Shown here: positions 29,118-43,949 of the stretch, one piece after another | Layout of the letters: each line of letters begins with the position of its first letter | Position numbering within the stretch: position 1 is the first letter of the stretch | Assembly (NCBI RefSeq): GCF_009914755.1 | Contig: NC_060925.1 | Origin: the human T2T-CHM13v2.0 reference genome, Homo sapiens | Direction: 5' to 3' (one strand) | DNA length: 64,000 nucleotides | Position numbers and translations under genes: made by a program | The notes under the pieces: generated by a model | What the model saw: the letters and a program-made list of their open reading frames with translations, nothing else | Databases searched by the model: none | Told to the model about the DNA's origin: nothing

Positions 29118-29352
29118 GAGTAGTATTCAACCAAACAAGGGAATGAAAACTTTCAAAGACTCAATGTGACAGAAACTTAACTTCTTATAACTCAAGCATA
29201 AAGGCTTATGTAGCTAGAAAATCTGCATATTTAGCCTGGCCTAGCTTTAGGCATAGCTAAATCTAGGAAGCTGAAACTTTCAGATCCCTGCTGCCTTCTT
29301 TGCATAGGCTTCAGAGGAAGAAAGACCTTCCCTATCCTAGTGTCCATATATC

Positions 29353-29652
29353 TTTTTTTTGTTTTTTGTTTTGGTTTTTGCACACAGGATCTTGCTCTGT
29401 TACTCAGGCTGGAGTGCATGGTGTGATCACGGGTCACTGCAGCCTCTACCTCCTAGGCTCAAGTGATCAGCCTCCCAAGTAGCTGAGATGATAGATGTGT
29501 GCCACCATGCCCAGCTAATTCTTTTTATTTTTTGTAGAGATGGAGTCTCACTGTGTTGCCTAGGCTGGTCTCAAACTCCTGGGCTTATGTTGTCCTCCCA
29601 CCTTGGCCTTCCAAAATGTTGGGATTACAGGTGTGCACCACCACACCTGGCC
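29353..29652 (-). mobile_element. AluJ
   Basis: Reverse Alu. Confidence 0.88.
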
Positions 29653-29749
29653 TCGTAGTGTTGGTATATCCGATTGACCTTTCCTGGATCAGATGAACTT
29701 CCCTGAACCAATTTCTATAGCCAGAAATTAGATGAGATTTAGCAAGAGA

Positions 29750-29975
29750 GGCAGTGAAGCCTGAACCCTGAAACCAAGTTTAATTCAAGTCCCTCCTCTG
29801 CTACTTACTGTGTAACCTTGCCAAATTATATACTCCCTGTGTCTCAGTTTCCTTAACTTTAAAATAAGAGAAATCATAGTACTTATCACATAGGTCATTT
29901 CTTTAAATGAGATAATACATACAAAGTGTACAGAACAGTGTCTGGCACATAGTAAATTATCAATAAATCTTAGCC
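29750..29975 (+). mobile_element. MIR
   Basis: tgtgtaaccttg...gtctcagtttcc...acagtgtctggcacatagtaa. Confidence 0.7.
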
Positions 29976-31411
29976 GCCATGATGATCATAATGATAACAA
30001 TAGTGGTAGTGCTGGTCATAGTGATGAAGAAGAAACAAGAGCAGCAGCTACCACTTGTTATAGGGGTAGGGTTAGGAGAGGGTCAGCTACATGGAATAGA
30101 TTCCCCACAGGAAATAGGGATTCTGTTATCAAAAGAAGAGAAAGAGATAAAGGGTTGGAAAGATAAATTATAGCTACCAATAGTCCTCTGTAATCACATC
30201 CAGTAGTTTGAGAGCTGAAGAGTATCTCGTAGGTTTGCCAGTAAGGAGATGTTGCTGACTTGTGAGAGCAGTTTGGTGGAGTGGGGCTGGGGAGCATGAA
30301 AGGATGATATCTTCTCTTTGTGACTCATCTGCGTATAACGATTTTGATGGATTTTCTGGGAATTAATAGTCTTTGGTTAGTAGCCATTTGCCTTGTGGGC
30401 AGAGCTCCAAGATAGTTTGCCGTTAAAAAAAAAAATCCTCATAAAGGCTTAAACAGGGTTCAAACAGATCTAATCGTCATATCATTTGGCACATTGTGGT
30501 ACCTGATTCCATCTAAATTGTTTTCCCCTAACAATCCTTAGTCCACATTTCTGCTTTCTCTCCTTGTTAAGAATAGATGGCAGGTCAACATTCTTGCCTA
30601 CTCCTGCAAGAGCATCTTGAAGGAATGAAAGGCAATTATACTTCTGCTGCAAAGGAGCATTTTCCACATGTTATGCTAACAGTTATGAAAAGAGCTAGTT
30701 ATTGGATTAGTTAGTGAGGTGTGATTGTCAGTTTTCATCAGGTTCTCATTACTGGTAATGTTGCCCAGACCTACATTTTTTCTCTGAATATGCTTCTGCC
30801 TTTTCTGTGTCTAGCTTACTTGTTTACAAAATGTTTTCAGAGAGAAAGTCTAATTCAGGGTTAACAAAGTTCTGCTAAGTCACCCCAAGATTATCTGGGC
30901 TAAAAACTTCTTAGTTTTTACAGAGTACAGTTGTGGAAAACAGCTCTTAAGAGTTTCTGGGTTAATCTAGAATGATTTCCTAAAAGAAAAGTTTTAGAAG
31001 AATTATTAAAGGAATTTTTTCCTGCCAGCTCTCCCCTCCCAAATTACAGCAGCACCCACAGACAAATATCACAAATAAAACAAAACTATATAACAGATAA
31101 ATATGAAGAAAGAATGAGGAACTGAGAACTCTAGCCTCCAACTTTACCATTAATAAAAGCACATTACAGTGTTCCAGACTTGCTCTGTGAATAAGCTGTT
31201 CTCAGCTATGTATTTACGTTAGTTCCTTAAGTTCCTTCCAGAATTTATTTCCTAAAAATATTGGGGCTTTTATTGTTACTGCAACCCACAACTGACCTTT
31301 CAGGAATAAATTAGATTTAGATAGTGATTATTAGAAAGCTATTTCAAAATAGACAATTAACATGCATAAGAAAAAGTGTGTAACCTTACTGGTGTTCGAA
31401 ACTATAATTAA

Positions 31412-31726
<315 letters not shown>

Positions 31727-33058
31727 TAACATTTTTTTACCAGTCATGATAGGCAAAGACTTTGAAAAGATAATGCCCAATTTAGCCAAGAATGTGGTGA
31801 AATGGGCCTTCCCATATTTTACTGTTGGGAATGCAAATTAGTCATTATTTTCTGAGGAGCAAATGGCTAGATTGACAAAAGTCCCAAATTGACCCAGAAT
31901 AGCCCCCTATGAAAATGTATCTCTGGGAAACAGTTCTAAATATGGGAAGGAGGGGGATTTTATGCACAGAAATTGTTATCACAAGGTATGTTATATATAG
32001 GCAGCTCTGTAAATATTCATTCTACAAATACTTGAGTACCTACTATATGGAAGGCTATTAGGCACTATTGAACAAAACAGATTTAGCTCGTTTAGCTATT
32101 TATAATAGTGGAAATATTGGAAACAGCCTACTGTCCAGTATTCTGGCAGTGGTTAAGTATACTATGATTTATCCATCTAATGGAACACTATGAATCATAG
32201 TTTGCTTTACCATTCCCCACCAGCTAGCCATTTAGGGGTGTTTCCTTAAAATAGAGTGGATTATAAGGCAGCCATTTAAAAGTGAGTTACAAAGATAGTA
32301 TAGTAACTTGGATAAATGCTTACAGTATAGTATTACTAAATGAAGTAGATACACAATTGTATATGTCATCTGATTACAACCATAAGGATGTAGCAGGCCC
32401 AGGTAAAGAGACCAGGGAGAAAGTGAGCAAAGTGTTAGCAGTGGTTGTATTTCTGTGATGAGACTAAATGTGACTTTTTTTCTGCTTTTCTTTATTTCCC
32501 AAATTTTCTTTAATGAGGCCTTGTTATTTGTGTAATTTTTCCCCCCTTAAATGCTTTGGTAACACACTTAGAAAAAGTTTGCATGAAAGTGAAGACTGCT
32601 CAGTGGCTATTTCGTGAACTGAGTGGGAATTTTGTCAGAGAACTTTATCCCTCTCTTTTGACTGATTGGCTATTTCAGCTCTGGTGGAAGTATGCAATAG
32701 TGGATAGAAATCTGCTGGACACTCACCCTTAATATAGTCTGTCTATACATATATAGCAGCGTTGATGCAATACACTGTGCCTCACAAATAGCAATGTAGA
32801 TGATAAGATGCTTTTTGTTGTTTTTTTAGAAAACAGTATGTCTTTAGTATGTTATTTGAAGACTCGGGATTATGGCTAGCTGTGTGCCAACTTTCCATCC
32901 TTCAGACCTATAAAATCTGAATCAGTTTGGTTTTTTACTGCATTGTGGTGAAATTAAACAATTCACATAAATTTTTATTGTGGCTGATAGTCAAGGCTCT
33001 AGGAAGCTCTGAGATTTAATCTTGAGTTTTCCTTGCCACTTCAACCCAATTAAAAAAA

Positions 33059-33368
33059 TTTTTTTTTTCTTTTTCTTTTGAGACGGGGTCTCACTCTGTC
33101 ACCCGGGCTGGAGTGCAGTTGTGTGATCTTGGCTCACTGCAGTCTCCGCCTCTAGAGTTCAAGCAATTCTCATGCCTCCACCTCCTGAGTAGCTGGGAGT
33201 ATAGGTGTTCACCACTACACCCAGCTAATTTTTTTTTTCTGTATTTTTAGTAAAGATGGGCTTTTGCTATGTTGGCCAGGCTGATCTCAAGCTCCTGGCC
33301 TCAAGTGATCCGCCCACCTCTGCCTCCCAAAGTGCTGGGATTACAGGCGTGAACCACTGTGCCTGGCC
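33059..33368 (-). mobile_element. AluS/J
   Basis: Reverse Alu; flanking caatt(a/t)aaaaa. Confidence 0.9.
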
Positions 33369-35099
33369 TCAATTTAAAAATTATTAATCCACTCTTAACT
33401 TCCATTTAGTGGAACTCCAATTTTATTCTTTCTTTTCTCATTGTCTTCCCTACATTTCTGTTCACATGAAATTTCTAATTGTACAGACTTTGCAGTGTGC
33501 AGAGTCAAATCTCTCATATCCTGTAACTTTGCTGCATGCTCCTTAGTTTTTTCTTTATCTACACATATATCTGGTCAGTTTGATACATTTTTTTCTTTTT
33601 TGGTCTTCTCAGCTATTAGAAACAGACATGTTTGTAGAAAAGAACTCTTACCATTTGTTGCGTCTGGGACTTGTGTGGAGGGTTTTTGTTTTGGTCTGGG
33701 TTGGTTTGCTTTTTCTATTTAAAACTTAGATTGTGTGTACACCCACACAGAAACTTCATCCAGCTACCAGGCTATTCCTTTGTAGAGTGGTGATCAAACA
33801 AAAATATGCATCTGGTGATTCTTTCATTTGATTTGAAAACTGATTTCAGAAACACATTATTTTCTTCTTTTACCTGGCAGATTATTACTGAGCAAGCTGA
33901 AGAATGGAGGACTCAGCCTACTTATAAAGTACCAAACTGTTAAGGTCACAGAAAATTATTTCTGGAAGGTACATTAGAAGTTGTTCTAGCCCAACTCTCT
34001 TATTTTACAGATGGAAAACCTGGGGCCCAAAAGAGGGCCTGGCTTAGCCTAAGCTGTACAATGACTTAGTGGTAGAAAATGAACTAGAACATTTCTGAAT
34101 TCCCAGTCCAGCATTCTTTCCACTAAGCTGATGGCTGTCTTCCAGGTGCAGGAGTGCAGGTTGGTACTTATTACAGGACTCTGCTGGCTGCAGTGGCTCT
34201 TCCTGGTGCTGTGGAAAGTACCCTCTTCTTTGCTCAGTCTGATTCCATTTATGGGAAGCAGTGGTGGAGTTTGTACATAAGATTTACAGTAAAGTCTGCT
34301 GCTGTCCCAAGTTTCTTAACCTTTTTAAAGTCATCTTCCTTCCATTTCTGATTTCCTAGTACATCTATTATTTATTTCAATGTAAACAAATTCCAAATAA
34401 TGGAAATTTGTCTCTACTACAGCTTATTCAAGTTTGAACTTTGAGTATATATGCTAATGTTTACAGACTGGTGAGATCAGGAAAATTGAACTGCTGTTAT
34501 TTCAAAAGTGAAAGCTACTCTGGGACTTCTAGGTCAGGGTGGCAGAGTGAATACTCCTGAATCTTATTCCTCTCATTCAAAAACAGAGAAATTATGCATA
34601 AATATTTTTAAAGGTTTTAAAAAATACATAGTTATTCTTAAAAATAAGAAAGAAAAGTCTCTTTGGGCCAGTAATAGAAAAGCCACTATGATGGCAGGGG
34701 ATCGGGGGGTGCTATGAATGGATATGGGCAATTGGGACCAGGTTTTTTTGCAATGATCCTGTCTGTGCATGAACCCAGGACCCAAGAGCACAATACAAAT
34801 AGGAGCTGGGCTAATCTAACTTATCCCAGCAGTGTCACAGCCAGGAATAAGCTGCTTGTTCCTGACCAGAAGTAAAGAAGAATTGGCAGTCACAAGCAAG
34901 CGCAGGAAACCACTCAAGATAGGACTTGGACCCAAAATACTTTTGGGCTAAAAATTCAGAACTGGGCTACCTAGGAGGAAAGAAGACCCAGAGCTACCAA
35001 CTTAAGGTCTGGTTCAAGGTTGGCACATTATCAGATTTAAGCTGAGGCAACTTAAAACTGCCCTATAGATACAGGTACTTACATTTTTTAGTTATCATA

Positions 35100-36870
35100 A
35101 AAATTGAGCCCCCAAAACATTACAAAGAACCCAGTAAAACCTAAGATCATGAAAAAGCAGTCAAGAGAACCCAACAAATGAGAGAATTTATACCTGAGAA
35201 AAGAAGAACAATCTGGTGAGAGTTTAAAAATAAGTTAAAATTCTCAATATATGTACAGAAGAAGTTAGATTTTACAGAATGAAGAACAGATAATGAAACA
35301 AGAAGAGAAAGCTGTGAGAAAGAAGCGTTTAGACATCTTGAAGTGAAAAATATTATAAATACAATATTGAAGTAAAAGAACAGTTAGACTGCACATACTT
35401 TCTATAGCTTAAGAGAAAATTACAGAATTAGGAAATAGAACTGAGAAAATCTTTCAGAATGCAGTTTAGAGAGAGTTAGAAGAAAATGAAAGAGAAAGAT
35501 GGACATGAAAGATGACCTGAGGAGCTCTAACATACATCTGCTAGGAGTTGCAAAGGAGAAAAAAGAATGAATAAAAAAGTGGCAATAATAATAACAATAA
35601 CTGCAGCTAAGAATTTTTTCAGAAATGAAGCTGAGTCTTCAAAATAGAAAATGCTGCCATATGTAACACAGGATAGATAAATCCACAACTACATACATGA
35701 TAATAAAATCGTAGGAAATTAATGATAAAGAGAAAATCTGAAATTCTGAATACAAGTATAAGAAAAAATTCTGAATAATGGAATGGTAGTCAAATTGGCA
35801 GTAGGCTTTGGCAACAGTAGATACCAGAAAACTGACTAGTATCTTCAAAGTGCTGTAGAAAAATAACTGTGAGCTTCCAGTTTCATACAGTGGTTTATAT
35901 ACAGAGTGGGAGCAAAATAAACACATCTTCAGATACACGAAGCTAAGTTTTCAACTCACAAACTCTTGGTGATAAAAGAACTAAAGGATGTTCTTCAGTA
36001 AAGAGAAAAATAAATGCAGAAAGAAGTGGAATACTAAAGCAAAGAGTGTTAAAATATGAGCTAAAGCTAATATGCTTCAAAAGCTAGAACTAAATCTTAG
36101 CAATAATAATATGGTATTAAAGATGTAAATGTGTGCTAAAGTCCTTGTTTTGAGTAGAAAAGATACAGATGAATGTTATAGACTTTTAGAAAATATATAT
36201 TTAAATAAGTATGTTAAATATAAGGGTATCCAGTATAGTAATAGAAATATAGAAATAGAAGGTACAAGTCCTTAATCAGTAGGGGAAAGAGAAAAGATAG
36301 GTAATATTTTAAATGCTTTCACTCCATTCAATAGAGGGCAGGAAAGAAGATAAAAAGAAGCAAAGGAAAAACATGGAAATAGGAAATACAAAATAAAATA
36401 TGTAAGTAGTCATAATATAAATTAATCTACAAAGCCAGAGAGATAGTCAGATTATCCTTCCATATGCTGTTTTCAAAGTAACACTGAAAGATAAAAAAAT
36501 ACAAGTATAAGACAGGAAAAATTTTCTCTTGGTTACCACCAAGTGAAAGCTGGCAGCATGAACATCATTTGAAACATGAACATGTTTTTGCTTAAAAACA
36601 GCAAATGACAGAAATATATGTCTCACTTATAAATAAGGAACAATCCATGAAGATGATATAAAATGACTCTAGATACTGAAAATATACTCTCAAAATATAT
36701 AAAACAAAACCGACAGAATTATCAAGAAATAGCATATCCACAGTCAGTGTTGCAGATTTTAACACACCTCTCTTAGAAACCAGTATATCAAAAAGTCAAA
36801 AATACTCAAGAACATAAAGGATTTGAACAGCATAATTAACCAGCTTAATCTAACAGATATATAGCACACA
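35100..36870 (+). mobile_element. Ancient L1M ORF1 / ORF2 endonuclease remnant
   Basis: A-rich ORF1-like sequence; gattttaacacacctctc and ggatttgaacagcataattaaccagcttaatctaacagatatata (EN region). Confidence 0.65.
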
Positions 36871-37479
36871 TAGGGCGTGTGTATTGTGACCATGCTAAAT
36901 GAAAAGTCAACATTCACTCATTCATTCAACAAATACTTATTTGTCCAATATTTGCCAGATATTGTTCGAGGTTCTTGGAATCCTTTAGTCAACAGTATAG
37001 ACAATGATCCTGACCTGTTGAAGTGTACATTCTAGCAGGGAGTAAGATGAAAAGGCAGACAATAAACAACAAACATAATAAAGTATATGTTAGACACTGA
37101 TGCAATTTGGAAAAAAAACTAGAAAGGAGAATTGAATAAAGAGGATTGGATGGAGAAAGTACAGGTTGTAATATAAACAGTGGGTCTGAGTATATCTTAT
37201 TGACAGGTTGAGATTTAAAGAAGCAGAAGGAGTTAGCCACAAAGATATCTGAAGGAAGAACATTTCTTCAGATGTAGTGTAGTGAGGTCCTCTAGCAAGA
37301 GGGTACAGCTAGAGCAAAGGCCATATGGTGGGAAAGTACTGACACATGAAATAAATGACAGGTGAGAGTAGCAGGAAAGAGAATCAGATCATCTGAATGC
37401 AGAGCGTCATAGGCCTTTGTCATTTACTATGCACAAAATGAGGCGCCATTGCAGGATTTTGAGTAGAGGAGTGATGTGA

Positions 37480-37809
<330 letters not shown>

Positions 37810-38161
37810 AATCTGACTTAAGTTTTAAAAGAATCATTCAAGCTACTCTGTTGAGATTAGACTTCAGACAAAGGTAGCAGCTGAGCAGCTATTTCAGTAA
37901 TCCAGGCAAGAAATGATGACAGGGGCTTGGATCACATGGTAGCAATACAGTTGTTGAAAGTTGGTTAGATTCTGGATATATTTGAAGGTAGAGCCAACAT
38001 TTCCTGGAAGGGCTTGTGGGATGTGACAGAAAGAGGGAGGAATTTTAGATGATTCCAAGGTTTTTGACCTAAGCAACTGATAGGATAGAGTTGCCATCAA
38101 CTGACATGGGGTAGGCTACAAATGAAGCAGGTTGGGGAAGAAAACTAGGAAGCCAATCTTA

Positions 38162-38663
38162 TTTATTTATTTATTTTTCCCATAGATTTTGGGGGAACAG
38201 GTAATCTTTGGTTATATGAATAAGTTCTTTAGTGTGATTTCTGAGATTTTGGTGCACCCATCATCCAAGCAGTGTACACTGTACCCAATGTGTAGTCTTT
38301 TATTCCTTACCCCCCTCTCACGCTTTCCCCTGAGTCCCCAAAGTCCATTGTATCACTTACACCTTTTCGTCCTCATAGCTTAGCTCCCTCTTATGAGTGA
38401 GAACATATAATGTTTGGTTTTCAGTTCCTGAGTTACTTCACTTAGAATAATGGTCTCCAATTCCATCCAAGTCACTGCAAATGCCATTATTTCATTCCTT
38501 TTTATGGCTGAGTAGTATTCCATGTTGTGTGTATATATATACCACAATTTCTTTATCCACTCATTGATTGATGGGCATTTGGGCTGGTTCCAAATTTTTG
38601 CAATTGCAGATTGTGCTGCTGTAAACATGCATGTGCAAGTATTTTTTTCGTATAATGACTTCT
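38162..38663 (-). mobile_element. L1PB/old L1PA 3' end
   Basis: (ttta)n tail; minus strand AIAKIWNQPKCPSINEWIKKLW; TSD taggaa(g/t)ccaat(c/t)tta. Confidence 0.88.
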
Positions 38664-38674
38664 TAGGAATCCAA

Positions 38675-38975
38675 TTTTATTTTTTTATTTTTTGGACAGA
38701 GTCTCACTCTGTCACCCAGGTTGGAGTGCGGTGACACGATCTTGGCTCACTGCAACCTCTGCCTCCTGGGTTCAAAGTGATTCTCCTGCCTCAGCCTCCC
38801 GAATAGCTGGGATTACAGGTGTCCGCCACCACACCCGGCTAATTTTTGTATTTTTAGTAGAGTCGGGGTTTCACTGTGTTAGCCAGGCTGGTCTAGAACT
38901 CCTGACCTCAAGTGATCTTCCCACCTTGGCTTCCCAAAGTGCTGGGATTACAGGTGTGAGCCACCACACGTGGCC
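38675..38975 (-). mobile_element. AluS
   Basis: Reverse Alu; TSD gaatcca(a/g)tttta. Confidence 0.9.
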
Positions 38976-39354
38976 AGAATCCAGTTTTAGATATGTTGGT
39001 TTGAGATACCTGTTAGATTTCCAACTGGAAATTTTGGCAGTTTGGTTATACAGATCTGCCAAAATGCTGTGGAGTATTTAGATGATATTTAAAGCAATGA
39101 GACTGTATCAAATAACAGAAAGAAAATATAGAAAAGGGAAGAGGGCCCAAGAAGTATCTGGTGTCCTTTCCAGTGTGAGTGAAAAAAAAAAATGTATCAT
39201 GAAAGAGGTAGTTGTCAACAGTGTTAAATGTTGCTGATAGGGTCATATAAGATGAAGACTAAGAACTGACCATTGATTTTGATAACATTATGACCTTGAT
39301 AAGAGTGGTTTTGTTCGAATAGTGGGACAGAAAGCCTGACTGAAGTAATTTTAA

Positions 39355-39791
<437 letters not shown>

Positions 39792-40982
39792 AGAAAAGGG
39801 TGTTTTTTAAGCTACATGTTTGCTTGTGAGAATGATCCCAATGGAGAACAACAACAACAACAAAAAGATGATGTGGGAGGAAGAATGGAGAACTGCTGTA
39901 ATGAGGTCCTTGAGTAGGGTCTAGGGTACAAGTTGAAGGATTTGACTTCAAATAGAAGCATGTTAGATTCATCAATGGTAACAAGTGAGGAGATGATAAA
40001 TGGTGGTTAAATGTGGTAATAGTTTGTGGAAGTTCTTTTCTGATTGCTTCAGTTTTCTTAGTGAAATAGAAAGCAAGACCAGCAGCCAAGAAAGAACGTG
40101 AGGAAGGAGGTGTTGGGTGTTTGAGTTAAAAGGGAAAGGGGTAAAGTATTTATCTAGGAAAGTAAATGGACTAGGGAAGTATCTGTGTGTGCATTATAGT
40201 CCACTAAAGGTTCAAAGTAATGAATTTAAATTGAGACCAATGAGCATGGTTGTATGTTTTTTTCCAGCCACATTTAGTTGCACAGGTGCGGGTGTGGAGT
40301 AGGCAGAAAATTGGATTTAAACAAGGTTATAGTTTTGCCAAGCACTATGAAGGGAGAGAGGGGAGAGTGATGATAATAATGATAAATCATGGAATGTAAG
40401 CTCGATAAAGAGGAGAGTGAAGGGACATCAAGAGCATGAGAGACAGTGGAGATTTCATGAGGTTGAACAATGAACAATAGTTCAGGATCACCCTAGTAGA
40501 AAGAATAAGCTGGAAAGATACGATGTGGAGATACAGAATTGAGATTATGGAGGGGTTATAGTTTTTTGTAATGGCAACAAAAAGTTAGCTGAAGAAGAAA
40601 AGAATACTTCTGAAAAGTATAAACTTCCTTGTAGATACTGCATGGGTAAGGAGGTAATTATAATGAGAATTACAAAATAGTTAGAGCTGAACAACAATGA
40701 AATTACTTCACATTAGATCTTGTAGAGTAGCTAAAGAGAGAAAACTGTAACCTTAAATACATGTTTAAGGTTAAAAAATTAGAAAAAGTGAAAATAAATG
40801 AGCTAAGCTTTCAACTCAAGAAGTTGAAAACAGAGTAAGCCCAAAGTAAGTAGAAGGAATGAAATAAAATAAAGATAAAAGCAGAAATTAATGAACAGAA
40901 AACAGAATAGCAGTAGAAATAGTGTTAATACCAGAAGCTGATTCTTTGAAAAGATAGAAAATTCAATAAGCCTTTTTATTTT

Positions 40983-41048
40983 CCAATGTCCACCTTGACT
41001 GCAGTGTTCTAGGACTTCTCAAAGGCATCTTACATGCTAGTCTGGGGC
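40983..41048 (-). pseudogene. RPL10: Degenerate RPL10 exon fragment retroposed together with SNORA70
   Basis: Minus strand cag|gccccagactagcatgtaagatgcctttgagaagtcctagaacactgcagtcaaggtggacattgg translates RPQTSM*DAFEKS*NTAVKVDIG, versus RPL10 [23 protein letters not shown]. Confidence 0.8.
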
Positions 41049-41106
41049 CTGGGATGCAAACAAAAACAGATCAGAGGCAGTTATTTTGGCAACAATAGGG
41101 AGAGAG

Positions 41107-41225
41107 AAGAGTCTTCAAGGTCCCTTAAAGCAACACATAGAACAATTGAGCTGCATACATAACCAGGGCATCTACTTTTTCCAGCTGCTGCACACTGAGC
41201 CCCATCAGGGAGGGTAAAATGCAGT
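41107..41225 (-). pseudogene. SNORA70: SNORA70 (U70 H/ACA snoRNA) retrocopy, 5'-truncated, ACA box mutated
   Basis: Reverse complement reads tggggctcagtgtgcagcagctgg...gtatgcagc...gttgctttaagggaccttgaagac, matching remembered SNORA70; H box AAAGTA (41173-41178) retained; terminal ACA reads ACT. Confidence 0.85.
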
Positions 41226-43949
41226 AAACCTTTCAAAAGCTGATCTAGAGAAAAACTATAGGTGAAAACAAATAGTATTTGGAAGAGAAATAGGGACAAA
41301 ATTAAGATAAACATATTTAAAATATAAGATTATTTTGAGCAACTTTATGACAATAAGCTTGAAAACTTAGTTTAAGTGGACACTCTTCTGGGAAAATATA
41401 AAATATCAAAATGACTTAGGAAGAAATGGCAAAACAAAGAAGTCCCGTAATCTTTAAAGAAATTTAATCATACTTAACCACCACCTCCCCAACCTCCTGC
41501 CCAAAACACCAAGCCTAGAGTAATTTGGGGGATGAATTCTATCAAACTGTCAAGGAACAAGTATAATAATACTTGCCTTACATAAACTGTTTCAGAAAAT
41601 AAAAAGAAGGAAGCGAGAATCTACACTAGATTGTTTTGCCTCCAACTTGTTTAGTAACAACAAAAAGAGGCTAAGAATTGAGGCAAAGAAAAACCAAAAT
41701 AAAGTCTGAATACTTCCCACAAACAGCACTAGAAAAAGACATCTGATTATACCTAGGTGGTACAGGTTTTAAGGATTGGACCTTTGACTTTGTGCTCATC
41801 CTTCTGTGTGGACCAGCTTTGCTCTTTGATTCCAGTTATTTTAATTCCAGTTGTAATGATGGGTTTTGGACACTCTCAGTCTGTATTATGACCAACAGCA
41901 TGTATCCGTAAGATAGCTAGGTCACTAATAGTCTGTGGCATGGAAAAAAATTTGTTTTGTTTTAATATGGTGCTAACTAAGCATATAGAGATTGACTCTG
42001 TAACTTTAACTCCAGTAACACACTGTTATCACCACGCAAATTGACCAGCCTAGTTAGTAACATCATATGCAATATCATACAAACTACGTAGAACCATGCC
42101 TGGGGCACTCATCTGTTAGCTCTTACATGCCCTTTGTGCTCAAAGAGAACAATTTGTGGTTGTTGTATGCCAGTCAATTCAGTCATCATGGAGCTTAGTT
42201 GTTTACTGTATTGCATGCTAAGCAGTAGACTCTAGGAATCTAATAAATTTGATTCTCACATTGGTCCTGTTTGCCACAAACATTGCCATGCCTCAAGAAC
42301 CTCACAAGTTTGTTTTTCTTAGAACAGTGCATATGTAGTTCTCATACTCTGCAAGTGTTTGCCTCAGCATAATTGTGTTTATGTGGAATTGCACTGGCAT
42401 TGCAATGTGAGAATGACAGAGTTGACAGGACCACTAACATGTACCCTGGGAATTGTTTCCCTCATCCCCATAGCTGGCTGAAGAAACTTTATTTCTGAGT
42501 TATTATGTAGGGACTGAAAGGTTTTTTTTTTGTTTTTGTTTTTGTTTTTTTTTACATATATACACAGATTGTTTTTTACCTACAATGAGCAAAAATAATC
42601 TGGACAAAAAAATAATGCTCTCCCTGTTTTTTCTTTCAAATGTATACATATATTTGAAATCTTAGGCATAGGGAAAAACTTTTATGTCATCTTCAGAGCT
42701 ACAGCCATATTTTTTAGCTAGAACCAACTCTTAAATCTCTCCCGACAGAACCTTAAGGAAGGGGACAAAGTGATCTCCAGTGGAAATGTGAAAGGCATAA
42801 AAAGGAAAAGTTAGATATCTGGAGGATTCAGATGACACAAAGAAAATAAGTTGAAGATAAAGGAAATGAGAGGGTAAACCTAGTAGTACAATGGCATCTT
42901 TCATCTTCAACTATTTTAAAGTATTTTTACCTGAGAACGTGAAGATAAAGTGTATATAGATGGCACGTAGACAACTAATAAATGAATAAACATTTACATT
43001 GCATATGTCAGAAGTATCTGCAAAGCAAAAAGGGTGCATGCCAGTTCATTGTTGATAAGGAAGAGTCTTTCATATACTCTTCCAGGATCTATGTTATTAT
43101 TGAAAAAAAAAAAAAAAGAAGTTAGATGTTAAGTTTGGGAGTATTTTTAGTAAACCCAGATGAAGAGAGCAGCCTTTATTTCTGGATCAACTGCAAATTC
43201 ACAACTATGAAGACTAGTTGAAATATTTAAATTTCTAGATGAATCATACATAGATTGCTTTTCGTAGGGCCTTTTCCTTAAAACTCTGCAGTTAACTAAA
43301 AGTGGGAAATAATTATTTTTCTTAACACCTGATGGACCATTCAGCCTCATTTATAGGCTCTAAAGAAAACTAACAAAATATTTTAAAAAATCAAGTTGAT
43401 GACAATTTAAAAACTTACATAGAATTTCTGAACCTTCTTTAAGTTATAGGTTACATTTTCAAGAAACTGATCGTTATCAAACTTGTGAGCTGAAATTTAA
43501 GTGTGTTGCTACCAGGCAGTAATACGTTTTGCCTGGCATACAGATTATAAGCACAACTTAACTATCACAGATATCTTTGAGAACTAAATGGATTTATTTA
43601 TTTTAAAAGTTATTCTAAAATTAATTCTGTACCTTTCTCCTCTGTACCTTTCTCCTTAAGTTTTCAAAACACCTTTCTTGACATATAATTTCTGTACAAC
43701 TGCACATATTTAAATTGTAATATCTGATGAATTTGAGGAAACTATCTCCCTAATTCTCCCTAACTCTTAACTGTACTAAATATTTATAGTCTTAACAAAA
43801 ATTTCAGATAAATCATATGCTTTAAAGCTACTTATTCAGTGTTTAACTGACACTATATAGAGCCCTTTTGCTACTTTTAAGCTAATCAAAAAAGATATAA
43901 TATACCCTGTTAGTGCTTCTGATCAGTTCAAGCATTTTTTTTTTTCTCA

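Larger units (their letters stand above)
40600..41610 (+). mobile_element. Ancient L1M ORF2 remnant (probable continuation of 35100-36870), interrupted by SNORA70/RPL10 retrocopy
   Basis: aatgagctaagctttcaactcaagaagttg...aagcccaaagtaagtagaagg...aaagcagaaattaatgaa. Confidence 0.75.

Noticed and set aside
33560-33930. Strong-looking pyrimidine tracts and AG acceptors (33612, 33880) as hidden exons
   Set aside because: No convincing donor and no MYPT-like peptide
43103-43118. Poly(A) run as the end of a processed pseudogene
   Set aside because: No nearby poly(A) signal, TSD or recognisable upstream gene sequence
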